Assembly (NCBI GenBank): GCA_963834845.1
Contig: CAWICY010000004.1
Coordinates: 2,969,530 to 3,033,529 of the forward strand
From: an uncultured Pseudomonadota bacterium
Lineage (GTDB): Bacteria > Pseudomonadota > Gammaproteobacteria > Burkholderiales > SG8-39
DNA length: 64,000 nucleotides
Direction: 5' to 3'
Notes under the pieces: model-generated
Database searches by the model: none
Told to the model about the DNA's origin: nothing
The model's input: only the letters and a program-made list of their open reading frames with translations
Program-made: the position numbers and the translations under genes
Shown: positions 57,515-64,000 of the stretch, one piece after another
Layout: the number at the start of each line of letters is the position of its first letter
Numbering within the stretch: position 1 is the stretch's first letter

Positions 57515-58275
57515 GCCTGCTCGCGCGCGGCGCGGCCACGCGGCCCGTAGAAGTACTCCCGAATCAGCGCATCGTCAGACTTCGACAGCTCGGTCATGGT
57601 GCCTATTCCGAGGATCCTGCCTTCGCCCAGCACCGCGACGCGGTCGGCGGTGCGCCATAGCAGGTCCAGGTCGTGCGTCACCATCATGATAGTCAAGCCG
57701 AGCGCATCGCGCAGGTAGCGCACCAGCTCGTCGATGCCGCTGGCGCTCAAGGGGTCGAGGCCGGCGGTCGGCTCGTCGAGGAACAGCAGCTCCGGATCGA
57801 GCGCCATGGCGCGCGCCAGCGCGGCGCGTTTGCGCATGCCGCCCGAGAGCTCGCTCGGGTACTTCGGGCCGGCGTCCGCCGGCAGCCCGGCGAGCGCGAT
57901 CTTCACCGCCGCGACCTCGGCGCGCAGCGCGGGGCTCAGGTCGGCGTGCTCCTCGAGCACCATGCAGACGTTCTCGCTCACCGTGAGCGCGCTGAACAGC
58001 GCGCCGCGCTCGAACATCACGCCCCAGCGGCGCCGCAACGGCAGCGCCTGCTCGTCGTCCATGCCGACGACCTCCCGGCCGAACACGCGGATCGAGCCCG
58101 ACTGCGGCCGCTGCAGCACGATGGTCTCGCGCAGCAGCGTCGACTTGCCGCAGCCGCTCGCGCCCACCAGCGCGAAGATCTCGCCGCGCTGCACCGCGAA
58201 GCCCACGTCGCGATGCACCACGTTGGCCCCGAAGCGCGTGTCGAGGTGCTCGATCTCGATGACGGCGTCGCTCAC
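57499..58275 (-). CDS. MlaF-like ABC transporter ATP-binding protein
   Basis: In ORF 57499..59694. GTG 58275 gives a GTGA overlap with the permease stop. GASGCGKSTLL, LSGGMRKRAALARA, LLFLDEPTAGLD. Confidence 0.85.
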   Translation of the reverse strand: MSDAVIEIEHLDTRFGANVVHRDVGFAVQRGEIFALVGASGCGKSTLLRETIVLQRPQSGSIRVFGREVVGMDDEQALPLRRRWGVMFERGALFSALTVSENVCMVLEEHADLSPALRAEVAAVKIALAGLPADAGPKYPSELSGGMRKRAALARAMALDPELLFLDEPTAGLDPLSASGIDELVRYLRDALGLTIMMVTHDLDLLWRTADRVAVLGEGRILGIGTMTELSKSDDALIREYFYGPRGRAAREQAWNRK

Positions 58276-59432
58276 AGGTCGAACCAGCTGAAGGCGATCG
58301 AGAACAGCGCGTCGGTCAGGATCACCAGGAAGATCGCCTGCACCACGCTCACCGTAGTCTGCCGGCCGACGCTCTCGGCGCTGCCGGTCACCTGGAAGCC
58401 CTGGTAGCAGCCGACCAGCGCGATGATCACGGCGAACACCGGCGCCTTGCCGACGCCGATCAGGTACGACGTCAGGCTGACGGCTTCGCCGAGGCGGTCG
58501 ATGAAGGTGCCGAAGCTCACGCCCAGCTGCGGGCGCGCCATCACCATGCCGCCGAGAATGCCCATGGCGTCGGTGTACACGGTGAGCAGCGGCAGCGCGA
58601 TTACCAGCGCCAGCACCTTGGGCATCACCAGCAGGTCGAGCGGGCCGACGCCGACGGTGCGCAGCGCGTCGATCTCCTCGGTCACCTTCATGGTGCCGAT
58701 CTGCGCCGCGTAAGCCGAGCCCGAGCGGCCGGCGACGATGATCGCGGTGATCAGCGGCGAGAGCTCCCGCACCATGGACAGGCCGACCAGGTCGGCGATG
58801 TAGATATTGGCGCCGACGCGCCTCAGCTGCTCGGCGCCCTGGTAGGCGATGACGATGCCGAGCAGGAACGACAGCAGCCCGGTGATCGGCAGCGCCTCGA
58901 AACCCGCGATCTGGATGTTGTACAGGATCGGCCGCCAGCGGATGCGCTGCGGGTTGGCGAGCGCGCGGGCGAGCGCCACCACGCCCTCGCCGACGAAGGC
59001 CAGCAGGCCGAAGGCGCTGCGCAGGCTCTCGAGGGTGGCCCGGCCGATGCGCTCGAGCACACCGGGCGCCGCGGCCTCGGGCCCTGGCCGCGCGCGCACG
59101 CGCGTCGCGATCAGCTTGAGCAGCGTCTCGAACTCGGGGCGCAGCCCCTCGAGCCGCACGCTCGCGCCGCGCGCCTCGAGCCCGCGCATGGTCCGGTGCA
59201 GCAGCCAGGCGCCCGAGGTGTCCATGGCCGAAATTGCCGAGGCGTCGATGCGCAGCTCGCGCTCGGCGGAAACGGGCAGGGCCGCGACGCGGCGCTCGAG
59301 CGCCGCGAGCGCGTGCAGCACCCAGGCGCCCGAGCAGCGCAGCTCGGCGGGCGCGGCACCCGGCCGGATGTCGGCGCTGTCGTTTGCTCGAGGGGTCGTT
59401 GCTGGCGTCATTGCCCTGGCCGTCGCTCGCAT
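58272..59432 (-). CDS. MlaE-like ABC permease with an N-terminal STAS-like domain
   Basis: In ORF 58272..59639, with ATG 59432 (or 59411). LRCSGAWVLHALAALE...IDASAISAMDTSGAWLL, then the MlaE core ...ELSPLITAIIVAGRSGSAYAAQIGTMKVTEEIDAL. Confidence 0.8.
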   Translation of the reverse strand: MRATARAMTPATTPRANDSADIRPGAAPAELRCSGAWVLHALAALERRVAALPVSAERELRIDASAISAMDTSGAWLLHRTMRGLEARGASVRLEGLRPEFETLLKLIATRVRARPGPEAAAPGVLERIGRATLESLRSAFGLLAFVGEGVVALARALANPQRIRWRPILYNIQIAGFEALPITGLLSFLLGIVIAYQGAEQLRRVGANIYIADLVGLSMVRELSPLITAIIVAGRSGSAYAAQIGTMKVTEEIDALRTVGVGPLDLLVMPKVLALVIALPLLTVYTDAMGILGGMVMARPQLGVSFGTFIDRLGEAVSLTSYLIGVGKAPVFAVIIALVGCYQGFQVTGSAESVGRQTTVSVVQAIFLVILTDALFSIAFSWFDL

Positions 59433-59454
59433 CGTACATGCGTATACTGCCGGA

Positions 59455-60300
59455 ATGAAAGTACGCACCGCGGCGGCCGCGGCGGGCGAGGTCTCGCTCG
59501 GCGGCCTGCACGTGCGCCGCATGGGCTTCGGCGCGATGCGCGTGTGCGGGCCGGGCGTGTGGGGCCCGCCGCGCGACCGTGCCGGCGCGCACCGCGTGTT
59601 CCGCCGCGCGATCGAGCTTGGCGTGAATTTCTTCGACACCGCCGACAGCTACGGCCCGCACGTCGACGAGGAAATGATCGCGGAGGCGCTGCACCCGTAC
59701 CCCGAGGGGCTAGTGATCGCCACCAAGGGCGGCCTGGTGCGGCCCAACCGCAACGCCTGGGACCCCGACGGCCGGCCCGAGCACCTGCGCCACGCGCTCG
59801 AGGGGAGCCTCAGGCGCCTGAAGCTCGAGCGCATCGACCTGTACCAGCTGCACGCGCCCGACCCGCGCGTGCCGTTCGCCGACTCGGTGGGCGCGCTCGC
59901 CGACATGCAGCGCGCGGGCAAGATCCGCCACATCGGCGTGTCCAACGTCTCGGTGAAGGAGCTCGAGGCGGCGCGCCGCATCGCGACCATCGTCTCGGTG
60001 CAGAACGAGTACAACCTCGGCGAGCGCTCGTCGGACGAGGTGCTCGCCGCCTGCGAGCGGCTCGGCATCGCCTTCCTGCCCTGGTACCCGCTGGGCGCAG
60101 GCGCGGTGCTGCGCGCGACGGGCGTGAAGAAAATCGCCAAGCGCCATGGCGTGGGTGCGGCGCAAGTGGCGCTCGCCTGGCTGCTGGCGCGCTCGCCGAT
60201 GATGCTGCCGATCCCCGGCACCGCTTCGCTCGAGCACCTCGAGGAGAACGTCGCCGCGGCGGCGCTGAAGATTCCAGGCGAGGAGCTCGCCGCGCTCTAG
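59455..60300 (+). CDS. aldo/keto reductase
   Basis: Starts at the internal ATG 59455 of ORF 58849..60300: ...GFGAMRV...FFDTADSYGP...IDLYQLHAPD...IGVSN. Confidence 0.85.
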   Translation: MKVRTAAAAAGEVSLGGLHVRRMGFGAMRVCGPGVWGPPRDRAGAHRVFRRAIELGVNFFDTADSYGPHVDEEMIAEALHPYPEGLVIATKGGLVRPNRNAWDPDGRPEHLRHALEGSLRRLKLERIDLYQLHAPDPRVPFADSVGALADMQRAGKIRHIGVSNVSVKELEAARRIATIVSVQNEYNLGERSSDEVLAACERLGIAFLPWYPLGAGAVLRATGVKKIAKRHGVGAAQVALAWLLARSPMMLPIPGTASLEHLEENVAAAALKIPGEELAAL

Positions 60301-60312
60301 GCGATCTTGCAG

Positions 60313-60326
60313 TTGACCTGGATCAA
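60313..60326. promoter_or_regulatory. FNR/Anr-type box TTGACCTGGATCAA upstream of the efflux operon
   Basis: Centred 61 nt before ATG 60381. Confidence 0.55.
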
Positions 60327-60380
60327 CCGCGAGTCGCAATTCTCGCGGATCCTATGCGGCACGCGGAACGTCCCTTGTTC

Positions 60381-61586
60381 ATGACCCTCAACCCCCGATG
60401 GAAGTGGGCGCTGATCGCCGTGCTCGCGCTCGCGGCGGCGTTGTTCGCGGGGCGCAACTTGATCCTCGGCAAGCCGGTCGAGACGGTCGAGGCGGTGCGC
60501 GGCGCGCTCGTGCAGACCGTGGTGGCGAGCGGCCGCATCATCACGCCGCAGCGCGTCTCGGTCGGCGCGACCATCACCGAGCGCGTGGCGCGCATCCCGG
60601 TGGAGGAAGGCCAGACGGTGAAGAGAGGCGATGTGCTGATCGAGCTCGACGCCACCGACGAGCGCGCGGCGCTCGCGCAGGCGCAGGCTGCCGTCGCGCA
60701 GGCCGAGGCGAAAATGCGCCAGATACGCGAGGTCTCGCTGCCAGCGGCCGAGCAGGCGCTGGCGCAGGCCCAGGCGAACGCGGTCCAGGCGCGCCAGAAT
60801 TACGAGCGCACCACGGCGTTGCGCGAGAAGGGCTTCGTCGGCCAAGCGCAGCTCGACGACGCCAGGCGCGCGCTCGACGTCGCCGAGAGCCAGCTGCGCG
60901 CGGCGCAACTCCAGGTGCAGACCAACAAGGCCACCGGAAGCGACTACGCGCTGGCGCGCACCGCGCTCGAGCAGGCGCGCGCCAACCTGGAGGCGGCGCA
61001 GGCGAAGCTCGCGCAGACCGTGATTCTCGCGCCCGTGGACGGCGTGCTGATCGGCCGCGGCGTCGAGCCCGGCAACGTGGTGCAGCCCGGCAAGGAATTG
61101 ATGGCGCTGGCGCCCGCGGGCGAGACGCAGATCGTGGTGCAGATCGACGAGCGTAACCTGGCGCAGCTCGCGCTCGGCCAGCAGGCGCTCGCCTCGGCGG
61201 ACGCTTTTCCCGGAAAGCGCTTCGCCGCCGAGCTGGTGTACATCAACCCGGGCGTCGACGCGCTGCGCGGCTCGGTCGAAGTGAAGCTGCGCGTGCCGAA
61301 GCCGCCTGAGTTCCTGCGCCAGGACATGACGGTGTCGGTCGACGTCGAAGTGGGGCGGCGCGCAGACACGGTGGTGGTGCCGAGCGATGCGGTGCGCGAG
61401 GCCACCGGGGCGCAGCCCTGGGTGCTCGTGGTGCGGGGCTGGCGCGCGGTGCGGCAGCCGGTCAAGCTGGGCTTGCGCGGCGACGGCCGCGTCGAGATCC
61501 TCGACGGCGTCGCGCCCGGCGACGAGCTGGTCCCGGCGGGCAATGCGCTGGTCAAGCCCGGCCAGCGGGTGCGCGCCATCAAGTGA
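60381..61586 (+). CDS. HlyD/MacA-type periplasmic adaptor subunit
   Basis: Starts at the internal ATG 60381 of ORF 59196..61586: TM anchor, lipoyl-like ..VEEGQTVKRGDVLIELD.., long coiled coil, ..ILAPVDGVLIGRGVEPG.. Confidence 0.85.
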   Translation: MTLNPRWKWALIAVLALAAALFAGRNLILGKPVETVEAVRGALVQTVVASGRIITPQRVSVGATITERVARIPVEEGQTVKRGDVLIELDATDERAALAQAQAAVAQAEAKMRQIREVSLPAAEQALAQAQANAVQARQNYERTTALREKGFVGQAQLDDARRALDVAESQLRAAQLQVQTNKATGSDYALARTALEQARANLEAAQAKLAQTVILAPVDGVLIGRGVEPGNVVQPGKELMALAPAGETQIVVQIDERNLAQLALGQQALASADAFPGKRFAAELVYINPGVDALRGSVEVKLRVPKPPEFLRQDMTVSVDVEVGRRADTVVVPSDAVREATGAQPWVLVVRGWRAVRQPVKLGLRGDGRVEILDGVAPGDELVPAGNALVKPGQRVRAIK

Positions 61587-62801
61587 ACCGCTACGAGCCC
61601 TTCGAGTGGATCGCCGCCGCGCGCTTCATGCGCGAGGGCCTTGCGCAGACGCTGCTCATCGTCGTCGGCGTGGCGCTCGGCGTCGGCGTGATCGTCTTCA
61701 TGTCGGCGCTGATCGCTGGGCTGCAGTCGAATATCATCCGCCGCACGCTCAACTACATGGCGCCGATCGTGATCGTGCCGCCGGAGCAGGTGGCGCGGCC
61801 GCAGCGGCCCGACGAGCCGGCCTCGGTCGCCGCGCTGGTGCAGCCGCGCTCGCAGCAGCTGCGCTCGATCGACCAGTGGCAGAAGGTGCGCGCGCGCGTC
61901 GATCGCATGCCCGGCATCGTCGCCGCCACGCCGGTGGTGTCGGGGCCGGGCTTCGCGCTGCGCGGCGACGCCAACAAGGCAGTCAGCATCACCGGCATCG
62001 AGCCCGAGAGCTACCTGCGCGTGATCGGGCTGGCGGAAAAGATCGTTGCCGGCAGGCTGGCGCTCGGCACCTCGGACATCGTCATCGGCACCGAGCTCGC
62101 CAAGGACCTCGGCGCCGGCATCGGCGACAAGCTGCGCCTCGCGACCGCCCGCGGCGCGGCCGAGACGCTCACCGTGGTGGCGGTATTCGACTTCGGCAAC
62201 AAGGGCGTGAACGAGCGCAATGTCTACATCGGCCTGCGCACCGCGCAGAACCTGCTCGACCTGGTGGGCGGCGTGTCGAGCATCGAGATCAAGATCGAGG
62301 ACCCGTTCGCGGCCGAGACGATCGCGCAGGAGATCCAGTCCGAGACCGGCCTGCAGGCCGACAGCTGGATCAAGACCAACGCGCAGTTCTTCACCGCGAT
62401 GGCGGCGCAGAGCCTGTCGAACACGCTGATCCGCTTCTTCGTCGGGCTCACCGCGGCGCTCGGCATCGCCAGCGTGCTGGTGGTGTCGGTGGTGCAGAAG
62501 TCCAAGGAGATCGGCATCCTGCGCGCCATGGGCGCCTCGCGCGGACAGGTGCTGCGCCTGTTCCTGCTGCAGGGCGCGTTCATGGGGCTGGTGGGCTCGT
62601 TGTTCGGCTCCGGCCTGGGCTGGGCGTTCCTGCTCGCGTGGCGCGGCGTGGCGCGCAACCCCGACGGCACGCCGATTTTCGTCATCGTCGTCGAGCCCAA
62701 GCTCTTCCTGATGGCCGCCGTGGGCGCGACGCTGGTCGGCACGCTCGCCGCGGTAATCCCGGCGCGGCGCGCAGCGCGGCTCGATCCGGCGGTGGCGATC
62801 C

Positions 62802-62809
<8 letters not shown>
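61583..62809 (+). CDS. FtsX-like ABC transporter permease (MacB/LolC type)
   Basis: 408-aa ORF. GTGA overlap with the adaptor gene. Large periplasmic loop between TM1 and TM2, FtsX domain ...[18 protein letters not shown]. Confidence 0.85.
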
Positions 62810-63545
<736 letters not shown>

Positions 63546-64000
63546 TGGTCATGAACTGCACGTTGGTGGCGAGCGGCAGGTTCGCCATGTGCAGCACGGC
63601 GGCGCCGACGTGGGCGACGTCCATCAGCGGCTCGACGCGGATTTCGCCGTCGGCCTGCGGCACGCCCTTGGCCATGCGCTCGGCCATCTCGGTGCGCGCG
63701 TTGCCGATGTCGATCTGGCCGCAGGCGATGTCGTACTTGCGCCCGTCGAGCGAGGCGCACTTGGTGAGGCCCGTGACGGCGTGCTTCGTGGCGGTGTAGG
63801 GCGTCGAGTTGGGGCGCGGCGCGTGCGCTGAAATCGAGCCGTTGTTGATGATGCGCCCGCCGCGCGGCGACTGGTCCTTCATGATGCGGAACGCTTCCTG
63901 GATGCACAGGAACATGCCGGTGAGGTTGATGTCGATGACGTTCTGCCACTGCTCGACGCTCAGGTCCTCGAGCGGGATGCCGGGCGCGTTGACGCCGGCG

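Overview
GC-rich (about 70% by eye) proteobacterial chromosomal segment, Burkholderiales-like judging only from the protein families. It carries roughly 80 protein genes on both strands. I found no rRNA, tRNA, CRISPR array, transposase or integrase. All family names come from reading the translations and from memory; no searches were run.

Gene order:
- Minus-strand operon: two tandem UvrA paralogs, a phosphoribosyltransferase (PRTase), rtcA and a COG2403/cDPG-synthetase-like P-loop protein.
- nfeD and an SPFH gene, then phaC.
- An ECF sigma/anti-sigma locus with four DsrE-like paralogs.
- A CpxP/OmpR/HK module.
- panE, an acyl-CoA dehydrogenase operon, ettA and a LOG gene.
- Minus-strand string: PrimPol, DUF504, HPF-cold-shock fusion, Zn-ribbon protein.
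- capA and a fused iorA-iorB.
- Minus-strand operon: methyltransferase, unknown ORF, PRTase, archaeal-type SAM synthetase.
- M50-CBS protease, CheR-like gene, hsp20 with two small tandem paralogs.
- Transporters, an Mla-like MCE system and a MacAB-like efflux system.

Main observations:
1. Thirteen copies of the FNR/Anr-type palindrome TTGA-N6-TCAA. Eleven sit just upstream of start codons. They link phaC, hpf, hsp20, the PRTase/SAM-synthetase operon, the M50-CBS protease, PrimPol and others into what looks like a low-oxygen/dormancy-type regulon.
2. The box-preceded PrimPol, DUF504 (MJ1316-like), HPF-CSD, Zn-ribbon gene string, together with an rtcA operon that lacks rtcB and rtcR.
3. An anti-sigma factor whose periplasmic domain is a DsrE-like module. 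It is flanked by three secreted paralogs and by a palindrome that supplies two divergent ECF-type promoters.
4. A dense cluster of frameshifts (more than 25) confined to about 2.8-10.4 kb, plus two in-frame TAG codons and isolated frameshifts elsewhere. This is either assembly indel error or recent gene decay.
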